Below, in pieces: positions 8,963 through 17,443 of a stretch of DNA of 64,000 nucleotides. The notes under the pieces were generated by a model. That model saw only the letters and a program-made list of their open reading frames with translations, ran no database searches and was not told the DNA's origin. This stretch comes from an uncultured Saprospiraceae bacterium (GTDB lineage: Bacteria; Bacteroidota; Bacteroidia; Chitinophagales; Saprospiraceae): the NCBI GenBank assembly GCA_905480605.1, contig CAJQRD010000020.1, forward strand, positions 1-64,000, given 5' to 3'. Positions within the stretch are counted from its first letter, which is position 1, and each line of letters opens with the position of its first letter. Both the position numbers and the translations under genes were made by a program.

Positions 8963-9400
8963 ATGATATATACAAACGAAGTTATTATAAATTCCCCAAT
9001 TGATAAAGTAGTCAGATTATTTGACAATACTGAAAACATGTATGAATGGATGGAAGGTGTGCAAAGCCATGATTTTATAAAAGGTGAACCTGGAGCTGTT
9101 GGCTCAACTATGAACATGCATTTTAAAGTAGGGAAAAATAGTTTTGATATATTAGAAACGATATTAGAAAATAATTTGCCAGAAGTTTTTGCTGCAACTT
9201 ATGAAACGAAGTATTCGAAAAACACCAATTCTATTTCTTTTGTAAAAGTTGATGAGATCTCTACAAAATATTTTGTTGAAACAAAAGTTGAAACGCGTGG
9301 AGTGATGATGAAAGTAATGACATTTTGTATGCCGAATATGTTTAAAAAACAATCGCAGAAATACTTAGATAGTTTTAAAGACTTTGTTGAAAAAAATTAA
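8963..9400 (+). CDS. SRPBCC-superfamily (polyketide-cyclase/START-like) protein
   Basis: 145 aa; the pattern matches small SRPBCC ligand-binding proteins. Weak. Confidence 0.4.
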   Translation: MIYTNEVIINSPIDKVVRLFDNTENMYEWMEGVQSHDFIKGEPGAVGSTMNMHFKVGKNSFDILETILENNLPEVFAATYETKYSKNTNSISFVKVDEISTKYFVETKVETRGVMMKVMTFCMPNMFKKQSQKYLDSFKDFVEKN

Positions 9401-9409
9401 GTGTAAACC

Positions 9410-10132
9410 TTGAAAAGAATTCACCTTATTTCAGGACCACGTAATATATCAACAGCATTGATGTATTCATTTGGCAATAGAAAAGACACGGTTGTTGTTG
9501 ATGAACCATTGTATGCCAATTACTTGAATAATCATCCAGAAATCGTGCATCCAGGAAAAGAAGATATCCTTAAAAGTCAATCTCATGATTTTGATGAAGT
9601 ATTGCAAAACGTTTTATTGGGAGAGTATAAAAGTGATGTGGTGTTTATTAAGAACATGGCGCATCATTTGGATCAACAAGATTGGACCTTCTTAAGTGAG
9701 ATGACAAATGTATTTTTAATCAGAGAGCCTAAGCGATTAATTGCTTCTTTTGCTCAAGTGATTCCCAATCCAACCTTATTGGATATCGGCTTAGGGTTAG
9801 AGTTTGATATTTTTAAATACCTCGAAAGTTGCAATCAGCCCATAATAGTTTTGGATTCTCATGAGGTGTTAAAATCTCCTAGAAAAGTTCTAAGTAAATT
9901 ATGTGATCAGATTGGAATTTCATTTGATGAGGAAATGTTATCTTGGCCCGCTGGATCAAGAAAAGAAGATGGTTGTTGGGCGAAATACTGGTATACTAAT
10001 GTTCATAAGTCAACTGGATTTACGCAAAACAAAATTAGCAATCACCCTTTTCCGGATCACTTAAATGAGTTGCTAGAAGAAGCTACTGTATATTACAATA
10101 AACTAAAACCATTTACAATAAAAGCTGACTGA
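9410..10132 (+). CDS. sulfotransferase-family (P-loop) protein
   Basis: N-terminal ISGPRNISTALMYSF (5'-PSB-like) and LIREPKRLIASF (a 3'-PB-like RxPxxxxxS motif). Confidence 0.4.
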   Translation: MKRIHLISGPRNISTALMYSFGNRKDTVVVDEPLYANYLNNHPEIVHPGKEDILKSQSHDFDEVLQNVLLGEYKSDVVFIKNMAHHLDQQDWTFLSEMTNVFLIREPKRLIASFAQVIPNPTLLDIGLGLEFDIFKYLESCNQPIIVLDSHEVLKSPRKVLSKLCDQIGISFDEEMLSWPAGSRKEDGCWAKYWYTNVHKSTGFTQNKISNHPFPDHLNELLEEATVYYNKLKPFTIKAD

Positions 10133-10133
10133 T

Positions 10134-11036
10134 ATGTTACAAAAATTCAATCCAAAAAATAAGGACTTACAGATTTATGTTAAAGATGGAATTTATCATC
10201 GAGATGAGGCAAAAGTCTCCGTTTTTGACAGTATAGTTCAAGGAGGTGATGGTGTTTGGGAGGGCCTGCGCGTGTATAATGGTGGTGTATTTATGCTGGA
10301 CAGGCACCTTAATCGTTTGATGAATTCTGCTAAGGCAATGCATTTTGCCAATATTCCTACGAGAGAAGAAGTTACAAAAGCATTGTTTGACACCTTAAAG
10401 GCAAATGAAATGACTGATGGTGTGCATGTGAGATTAACTTTAACACGTGGTGAAAAAGTAACTTCAGGTATGGATCCTAGATTAAATGATATGGGATGCA
10501 CCCTAATTATTGTTCCAGAATATAAAGCTCCTGTATATGATAACGAATCAGGAATTTCTATTGTTACTTCATCAACGAGAAGGAATTCACCAAATAATTT
10601 AGATTCAAAAATTCATCATAATAATCTGATTAATAATATATTGGCAAAAATTGAATCTAACGTAGCAGGAGCAGATGCGGCTTTGATGTTAGACAATTAT
10701 GGTTTCGCTGCTGAATTAAATGGCACAAATGTATTCATTGCCAAAGAGGGCATACTGTATACACCTCACGCTGATGCTTGTTTGCCTGGAATCACAAGAG
10801 GGTTGGTTATTGAATTGGCACATGAAAATAATATTGAGTGCATTGAAAAGAATATTTCATTAACAGAAATGTACAGCGCAGATGAAGTTTTCAGTACCGG
10901 AACAATGGGTGAATTGACACCTGTTAAGATGATAGATGGCAGAGCAATTGAAAACTACAACAACACGGATTTAACAAAAAGATTGACAAAAGCTTTTGAA
11001 AGCAAGGTGGCTATGTATTGTGTGCCTATTTCATAG
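10134..11036 (+). CDS. class IV (fold type IV) PLP aminotransferase: branched-chain / D-amino-acid aminotransferase or aminodeoxychorismate-lyase family
   Basis: The family pattern runs throughout (GVWEGLRVYNG, RHLNRL, EVFSTGTMGELTPV). The start is 1 nt after the upstream stop. Confidence 0.8.
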   Translation: MLQKFNPKNKDLQIYVKDGIYHRDEAKVSVFDSIVQGGDGVWEGLRVYNGGVFMLDRHLNRLMNSAKAMHFANIPTREEVTKALFDTLKANEMTDGVHVRLTLTRGEKVTSGMDPRLNDMGCTLIIVPEYKAPVYDNESGISIVTSSTRRNSPNNLDSKIHHNNLINNILAKIESNVAGADAALMLDNYGFAAELNGTNVFIAKEGILYTPHADACLPGITRGLVIELAHENNIECIEKNISLTEMYSADEVFSTGTMGELTPVKMIDGRAIENYNNTDLTKRLTKAFESKVAMYCVPIS

Positions 11037-11063
11037 TTTAGGTTAACACGTATAACGTTTTAT

Positions 11064-11465
11064 CTATGACAATAAGTAAGCGCTTAATAGAGCTATCCCG
11101 AAGTATATGGCAATTGTCTTTGCACCTTCATAGTCTTTGGCTAATCGTTGACCAAAAATTAACATTAAGAGGCTAATTATAGAAACGACAACACCAGCAA
11201 TAATAAACTTAGTAGAGCCATTTACAAGAAACACTCCCAAGCCAATAAGTGATGATCCGCCAGCGATAAGTTCAAATATTGCAATAACAATAACAAGCGG
11301 TCCTGTAAATTTACCGATGAAAGTTTTTGCAAAATGACCCTTTAACCAATCAACATTTCCTTTGAGATCCAAAACTTTATCCATCCCAGATTGAATGAAT
11401 ATTATTGCCCAAAAACAAGCAATCGATATAGGAATAATAAAGTTAAGGTCAAGTAATGCTTTCAT
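11064..11465 (-). CDS. DoxX-family membrane protein
   Basis: 133 aa with four TM segments and a DoxX-like pattern. Confidence 0.55.
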   Translation of the reverse strand: MKALLDLNFIIPISIACFWAIIFIQSGMDKVLDLKGNVDWLKGHFAKTFIGKFTGPLVIVIAIFELIAGGSSLIGLGVFLVNGSTKFIIAGVVVSIISLLMLIFGQRLAKDYEGAKTIAIYFGIALLSAYLLS

Positions 11466-11467
11466 GT

Positions 11468-11704
11468 TTAATTGTTAAAAAGTTCTTCAATTGCTTTTGC
11501 TAGAGCAGTATCTTTATCTGTGATGGTGTTGCCAGCATCATGCGTTGTCAGCTTGATGTTAACGGTATTGTAAACGTTGCTCCATTCTGGATGGTGGTTC
11601 ATCTTTTCTGCTATAATCGCAACAGAAGTCATAAACCCAAAAGCTTCAATAAAATTGTTAAATTTTAAACTGGCGTGAAGTGCATTGTCTTTTTCTGTCC
11701 ACAT
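11468..11704 (-). CDS. phhB: pterin-4a-carbinolamine dehydratase (PCD/DCoH)
   Basis: 78 aa; [27 protein letters not shown] is the classic PCD motif. Confidence 0.85.
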   Translation of the reverse strand: MWTEKDNALHASLKFNNFIEAFGFMTSVAIIAEKMNHHPEWSNVYNTVNIKLTTHDAGNTITDKDTALAKAIEELFNN

Positions 11705-11705
11705 C

Positions 11706-12488
11706 TTATTTAATATTATATTGCGATTTAATAGTATCTAGACTGGCAAAAAGATCATCATAAGAATCAATAGAAAAGTATCTACAACTGAATTCTTTAT
11801 CTGTATAATCTTGATTAAAAACTTCTTGAAGGTCAAATTTATCGTACCCTCTTGATTTTAAGTTTTCTGTTTCTCCAGATGAAGACAGAATTGCACCTCC
11901 ATAGGCTTTTGCTTCTCCGTTTTCGATTAATATACCAGTCTCCCATGTAAACCAACCATATCGACTAAAGTTTTGAAGTAACTGTTCTTTTTCTGCAGTG
12001 CCGTTTGGTGTTTGTTTTAAAATCTTATAAATTGTTTCTGAGGAATTGGCCACAAAATGAGAAAATTCAGCATCAAAAAACAACGGTAAATGACCAACAA
12101 CATCATGAAATAAATCAGGATATCCAGTAAAACTTTGCGAGTGCCAATCACGAACAAAGGTAGCAGATGGAAATATTTTTTTAGACAATAGCTTGTAAAA
12201 ATCCTCACAAGGCAATATGCCATTAACTGCCATTACCTTCCAGCCAGTTTGACGCTCTAGTTTATAATTAAGTTCTTCCAGATTGGGGATATCAGAAAAA
12301 TTCTCACCTAAAGCAGCCATTCCTTTTGTATAAGATTTACACGAAACGCCATCCTGTGCCTTTGTGACACCTTCCAAAAGAATCTTCCAACGCTCTCTGT
12401 CACCTTTGTCATAATTGCTATAATCAAATCCTTTTAGCAATTCACTATCCTTGATATCGTCAATGTTTAAATCTGTAATTCTGCTCAT
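11706..12488 (-). CDS. phhA: phenylalanine-4-hydroxylase (aromatic amino acid hydroxylase, pterin- and Fe-dependent)
   Basis: Iron-binding motif [13 protein letters not shown]; catalytic-domain conservation; phhB lies immediately downstream. Confidence 0.9.
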   Translation of the reverse strand: MSRITDLNIDDIKDSELLKGFDYSNYDKGDRERWKILLEGVTKAQDGVSCKSYTKGMAALGENFSDIPNLEELNYKLERQTGWKVMAVNGILPCEDFYKLLSKKIFPSATFVRDWHSQSFTGYPDLFHDVVGHLPLFFDAEFSHFVANSSETIYKILKQTPNGTAEKEQLLQNFSRYGWFTWETGILIENGEAKAYGGAILSSSGETENLKSRGYDKFDLQEVFNQDYTDKEFSCRYFSIDSYDDLFASLDTIKSQYNIK

Positions 12489-12654
12489 TTTACTTGTTGT
12501 TTCGGTAGTAAAGTTATTGATTTAGAGGCATTAGAGTATTAATTTTCGTGTTATATAAATATAAATAGAATATTATTACTTATAATTAGTGTATTTTGTG
12601 TTATTATTCTGTTAGTTGACATTAATATCCGCAAATAAAGAATATTATTATTGT

Positions 12655-13116
12655 ATGTATGATCTAGATGAAACTGATAAATCCATTTTAAGGATTTTAC
12701 AAACCGACTCCACAACCACAATCAAGGAAATAGCCAATCAATTGCACCTTTCTACAACACCCATTTTTGATCGTATGAAGAAACTTGAAAAAGCAGGTGT
12801 TATTAAAAAGTATGTGGCTTTGGTTGATAATACCTTGGTTGATAAGAACTTGACTATTTTCATACATTTATCAGTCAAGGAACATGGCAAAGATGCAATA
12901 GATGATTTTATTAATGCCATTATTGAGTTTGATGAAGTGATGGAGTGTCATCATGTATCTGGTGATTCAGATTTTCTCGTCAAGCTTTTGCTGAAAGACA
13001 TTGCAAGCTACAATGATTTTATTTTAGAAAAATTGGCAGTGATTCCAAATATTGGAAAAGTAGAAAGTCAATTTTCTTTATCGGAACGAAAGAATACCAC
13101 TGTTGTTCAAGTATGA
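12655..13116 (+). CDS. Lrp/AsnC-family transcriptional regulator
   Basis: HTH (DKSILRILQTDSTTTIKEIANQLHLSTTPIFDRMKKLEKAGVI) and a RAM domain. Divergent from phhA. The ATG at 12655 is preferred over the TTG at 12616. Confidence 0.85.
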   Translation: MYDLDETDKSILRILQTDSTTTIKEIANQLHLSTTPIFDRMKKLEKAGVIKKYVALVDNTLVDKNLTIFIHLSVKEHGKDAIDDFINAIIEFDEVMECHHVSGDSDFLVKLLLKDIASYNDFILEKLAVIPNIGKVESQFSLSERKNTTVVQV

Positions 13117-13185
13117 GAAAATATTCATTTAAAACACATAAGTTGATAAGAATCAATTCTTAATTTGACAAATGTCATTTTATAA

Positions 13186-13539
13186 GTGAGAACCAGATGT
13201 CATCTTTGTAAAATGAATAGTTTAGTATTAAGTGCCAGTAATTCCGATTCTTCAGTATATCTGAAGCTTAAGTATTTAATTCAATCCTATATTGAATTAA
13301 ATGGATTGGAAATAAAAATACAAGAAAGTCTTTATAATAAATCAGTAGCTGATGTTAAAAAGATTAATCCAATATCTGTATTTTATAAAAATAGTGTTTT
13401 GAATTTTGATGAGAGATCAAACTTTAAACCGATAATCAGTGAACTTCTCGCTAAGATCAAATCGGATTTACAGTCTAATGAAGGTTCTTGTAAAAATTGC
13501 GGAAAATGTAATTGTAACGTATCAGATATTGTCGGATAA
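13186..13539 (+). CDS. hypothetical small protein with a Cys-rich C-terminus (CKNCGKCNCN)
   Basis: ORF only. It overlaps the convergent queD-like 3' end by 18 nt. No recognisable family. Confidence 0.25.
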   Translation: MRTRCHLCKMNSLVLSASNSDSSVYLKLKYLIQSYIELNGLEIKIQESLYNKSVADVKKINPISVFYKNSVLNFDERSNFKPIISELLAKIKSDLQSNEGSCKNCGKCNCNVSDIVG

Positions 13540-13974
13540 AAACCACTCTGCATAAGACGTTGCTGTTTCGTACAATTTAATATTCCAAAGTCGATCTCCA
13601 ATTGTAGAGTCTTGCTTTAAGATGTTTGCAAAATGACTTAGTAACAATTCGCAAGTAGGCTGTGTCTCAAATAAAATTATTTTCTCAAAATTATTCTCAA
13701 GCATATTAATTAAGGATCTATCATGATTTTTATTTATTACCAATGCGTGATCAAACCTTGTTATAATTTTATCTTTAACAATCTTTTTCAATTCTTTAAA
13801 ATCTATAACCATTCCATTTTTTACATGGCTATCATCTGTCAAAGGCAAGCCTTTGAGAGTAATATGTAATTTATAGGAATGACCATGGATGTTTTTGCAA
13901 TCACCATCATATCCTAATAGTACATGTGCCATTTCAAGTGTAAATATTTTGGTTACACGTATTTGTTGAAGCAT
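13522..13974 (-). CDS. 6-pyruvoyl-tetrahydropterin synthase / 6-carboxytetrahydropterin synthase family (QueD/PTPS)
   Basis: LEMAHVL...CKNIHGHSYKLHITL carries the Cx5HGH zinc motif of the PTPS/QueD family. Confidence 0.85.
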   Translation of the reverse strand: MLQQIRVTKIFTLEMAHVLLGYDGDCKNIHGHSYKLHITLKGLPLTDDSHVKNGMVIDFKELKKIVKDKIITRFDHALVINKNHDRSLINMLENNFEKIILFETQPTCELLLSHFANILKQDSTIGDRLWNIKLYETATSYAEWFLSDNI

Positions 13975-14422
13975 ATAATTTATTCAAATTTTGTAAAAAT
14001 AAATTTATATCAAAAACCAGCTAATGACGATAGTCATGTCAAGACATGATTATTATCATTAACCATTCAGTTATGAAAAATTAAATTTACCAAATAGCTC
14101 ATTTTGGGTGAACCAAAATTCAGTTTTTTAAAAGAAAGATATATTAGAAATTATTAAACGGCATTATGAATTTTAGGCAGAAAAGGTTTAAAAACCGTTA
14201 AAAACAATGGCATGTTTGAGCTGAAAGCGAGTTTGCGCTTTTTTAGGATTTTAAATCTTTGGAGCCGTTAAGAAATACATACAGCCTTGATTTTTTTGTT
14301 TCGTTTTTGTATCAAGACAAAAATGAAAGCCCTGCCGGCGAGGCAAGACATAAGTGTGTGATTTGCAATAAGTTGTAATTTATCTTTTAAAGGAATAGTG
14401 TAGTCAAGAAGCGTTATGCAGT

Positions 14423-15685
14423 ATGTTTTTTCAATTTATCGAAATGGGAGAAGATCAGAATTCATATAAAGATTTGGCCTTGCGTTTTCAAGGAATAATT
14501 GAAACAGCAATAGATGGTATAATTACAATCGATAGTGCTGGAATTATTGAGTCTGTAAATGCAAGTGCTTCAAAATTATTTGAATATGATGAAAGTGAAC
14601 TCATAGGAGAAAATGTTAGCAAGTTGATGCAAGAACCCCATCACTCCAATCATGATGGCTATATTAAGCGATACCAAACCACTAAGAAGCCCAGGATAAT
14701 AGGTATTGGGAGAGAAGTGATGGGAAGGAAGAAGAGCGGAAGTATATTCCCATTTCGGTTGGCAGTCAGTGAGGTTGTTCTTAACGATAAGGTAATATTT
14801 ACAGGTATAATTCATGATTTGACAGAAGTAAATACAGCAAAGGAAAATCTGAGACAGTTGAACCAGGAACTTGAACAACGTGTAGAAGAAAGAACGGCTC
14901 AACTGTCATCCGTTGTTCAAAAACTGGAAGGGACCAATAGTAAATTGAAGTCTAAAGAAGAGGAATTAATTGTTGCCATAAACAAGGAAAAGGACTTGAA
15001 TGAGTTGAAATCCAGATTTGTTTCAATGGCTTCACATGAGTTTAGAACTCCGTTAAGTGCAATTAAATCTTCGGCATCTTTGATTACAAAATATGAACGA
15101 TCAGAGGAGCAAGGAAATAGAGAGAGTCATGTTGAAAAAATTAATTCTGCAGTTAATAACCTGACAGGTATTTTAAATGATTTTTTATCCTTGGGTAAAA
15201 TTGAAGAGGGGCATGTTGTTGTAAAAAAATCAAAGGTGGATATAAAATCTTTAATGAATAAAGTTTATGATGAACTTAAGTTTTTATTAATAGATCAAGA
15301 GTTAAATTTTGAGATTAAGGGTCAATTTAAATATATATATACAGATGTATTCATATTTAAAAACCTGTTGTTTAATTTGGTTTCAAATGCGATTAAATAC
15401 TCAAATGAAACTGGTCAAATTTATTGTGAATTGGTCCAGGATAACAATGATTTGAAACTCATGGTTCAGGACAATGGAATTGGTATTCCAGTTAATGAGC
15501 AAAAGTATCTTTTTCAAAGATTTTTTAGAGCTAGCAATGCAGAGCATTACGAAGGAACGGGACTCGGTTTACATATCGCCAAACGATATGTAAACATGCT
15601 AAATGGAACTATTGAATTTATGAGTGAAGAAGATAAAGGCACGAAATTTTTTATTAACCTTCCGAATGCAATCTATAATGTGTAA
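14423..15685 (+). CDS. cytoplasmic sensor histidine kinase (PAS - coiled coil - HisKA - HATPase_c)
   Basis: PAS region (IIETAIDGIITIDSAGIIESVN), H-box SHEFRTPLSAI, G-box GTGLGLHIAKR; no TM segments. Confidence 0.85.
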   Translation: MFFQFIEMGEDQNSYKDLALRFQGIIETAIDGIITIDSAGIIESVNASASKLFEYDESELIGENVSKLMQEPHHSNHDGYIKRYQTTKKPRIIGIGREVMGRKKSGSIFPFRLAVSEVVLNDKVIFTGIIHDLTEVNTAKENLRQLNQELEQRVEERTAQLSSVVQKLEGTNSKLKSKEEELIVAINKEKDLNELKSRFVSMASHEFRTPLSAIKSSASLITKYERSEEQGNRESHVEKINSAVNNLTGILNDFLSLGKIEEGHVVVKKSKVDIKSLMNKVYDELKFLLIDQELNFEIKGQFKYIYTDVFIFKNLLFNLVSNAIKYSNETGQIYCELVQDNNDLKLMVQDNGIGIPVNEQKYLFQRFFRASNAEHYEGTGLGLHIAKRYVNMLNGTIEFMSEEDKGTKFFINLPNAIYNV

Positions 15686-16721
15686 AATACTGGTTATTGA
15701 AGACAATAAAACCTTAAGAGAAAATTTAGCAGAGATGCTTGGTTTTTCAGGATACAATGTAACTGTAGCTTCTGATGGTATACAAGGATTAAATGAAATT
15801 AAGAACGAAAAGCCGGACTTAATTATTTGTGATGTTATGATGCCCAAATTAGATGGATTCGGCTTGCTGAAAACTTTGAATAGCAACCCTATTTATAAGC
15901 ATATCCCACTTATATTTTTAACTGCAAAATCTGACAGTGGTGATTTTAGAAAAGGAATGGGATTAGGGGCTCAAGATTATATAACAAAGCCGTTTGACGA
16001 TGCTGAACTTCTTGAAGCTATAACAATTCGATTAGAAAAACACACAGTCCCCGCTATTAAGAATATTGATCAAAAACTTCATATTACACTAACAGAAAAA
16101 GAGTTTAAAGCCAGGTTCGAAAATTACTATTCGGATGTTAAACAGAGAACTTATAAGTCTCGGGAGGCTGTGTTTGAGTTGGGCAGAAAAGTAAATTATG
16201 TCTACTTTATCCTAAAAGGTCAGATTCGGTTGAGTCAAACAAATAAATCAAACAAAGAGTACAGCCATAATATCAAAAAGGAAGGTGATTATTTTGGTAT
16301 TGTTGAGCTATATCTTGGTGATTCTTATACATATTCTGCTTACTGTATTTCGGATGTTGATCTGTTGGTTATCCCCAAACAAAATTTTGTCAAATTTATG
16401 GAAAATGATGTTGATGCCCAAAATACCATTTACAATTTAATGTCAACTAGAATATTAGAATTGCAAAATGAAGCAGTAAAAATTGCTTACAATTCAGTAA
16501 GACAAAAAGTTGCTGAATCACTTGTTAAGTTAAGGACAAATGAAAGTCTTCATGACGATGAAGTTGTGATCAATCGCGAAGATTTATCTACAATTACAGG
16601 GACTGCCAAAGAATCACTAATTCGAACATTATCAGATTTTAAAAATGAAAAACTTATAGAGATAAAGGGCAGACGTATTATTTTAAAAAACACGAAATCC
16701 TTAATTGATTTGTACGAATAA
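15678..16721 (+). CDS. hybrid response regulator: receiver (REC) + cyclic-nucleotide-binding (CAP effector) + Crp-type HTH
   Basis: REC motifs (ILVIEDN..., LIICDVMMPKLDG, FLTAK); cNMP-binding-like middle (GDYFGIVELYLG); C-terminal HTH (REDLSTITGTAKESLIRTLSDF). The ATG overlaps the kinase stop (ATGTGTAA). Confidence 0.75.
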   Translation: MCKILVIEDNKTLRENLAEMLGFSGYNVTVASDGIQGLNEIKNEKPDLIICDVMMPKLDGFGLLKTLNSNPIYKHIPLIFLTAKSDSGDFRKGMGLGAQDYITKPFDDAELLEAITIRLEKHTVPAIKNIDQKLHITLTEKEFKARFENYYSDVKQRTYKSREAVFELGRKVNYVYFILKGQIRLSQTNKSNKEYSHNIKKEGDYFGIVELYLGDSYTYSAYCISDVDLLVIPKQNFVKFMENDVDAQNTIYNLMSTRILELQNEAVKIAYNSVRQKVAESLVKLRTNESLHDDEVVINREDLSTITGTAKESLIRTLSDFKNEKLIEIKGRRIILKNTKSLIDLYE

Positions 16722-16738
16722 TTTATTTTGTAATTTAT

Positions 16739-17355
16739 TTATGAGGATATTAGGTTTCGTCGACCTTTAACTTTCGTATATAATCTAATTAAAAGAACTG
16801 CTACGAGTAGTATAAAAAAGAAGTAATATCTTTCTTTATTAATTACATTCTTTAAGTATGAATTAAAGAATATTGCCCAAATCCAGTAAGAGCCTATTGC
16901 ATGTAATATTCTCCAGGGTTTAAATCGCTTTTGTACTTTTGGAAAACTGGTTATCATCATAACAAGTATAAAAAAGTAGGCTATTCCTCCAGCAAGAAGC
17001 GATGTGGTTTTTGCTAAACTGAAAACTGGATGAAATACCATTTGAAGTAGACCTAAAAAGAATAGGTGAGAGAAGTGAAATGTGCCAAAGGTAAGGCCTA
17101 TTAATTTTCTGTTATTTTTCAAAAATGGGTAGCGGAGCTCTTGTACAGAAAATATAAACTGGAAGCAACAAAGGCAATTGCAAATAATGTTACAGCAAAC
17201 TTAGCTGTATAGCGAATAGCAATTCTTAAAGATGATTCATCAAATCCTTTTATGCTGAAAAGTAGGATTGTGCAGCTACTTATAATTAACAAGGTAATTA
17301 GAATAGTAGACAGAGGAGTGAATTGATATACAGATTTCTTACTGATAATATGAAA
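16739..17355 (-). pseudogene. MsrQ/YedZ-like ferric-reductase-type heme-b membrane protein, apparently frameshifted with no canonical start
   Basis: The track ORF 16739-17122 (RKLIGLTFGTFHFSHL..., PWRILHAIGSYW) aligns with the C-terminal two-thirds of YedZ. A second frame at 17119-17355 (RYTAKFAVTLFAIAFVASSLYFL) aligns with the YedZ N-terminal region. The frames switch at a TTTTT/AAAAA run near 17115-17125. Confidence 0.45.
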
Positions 17356-17443
17356 TTAAAAATATACTACAATACTAATGGTATTGTAATATATTTTGTA
17401 ATTAATTCTGAATTTTTACTAGAAAGTAAATCTATTTATATAT

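Noticed and set aside
12017-12223. 68-aa antisense ORF within phhA
   Set aside because: Shadow ORF inside a strongly supported gene.
17123-17443. Treating the 320-bp gap between the 127-aa membrane ORF and the CCP gene as a plain intergenic spacer
   Set aside because: A second frame there encodes YedZ-like N-terminal TM sequence, so it is better explained as the 5' part of a frameshifted gene than as a spacer.
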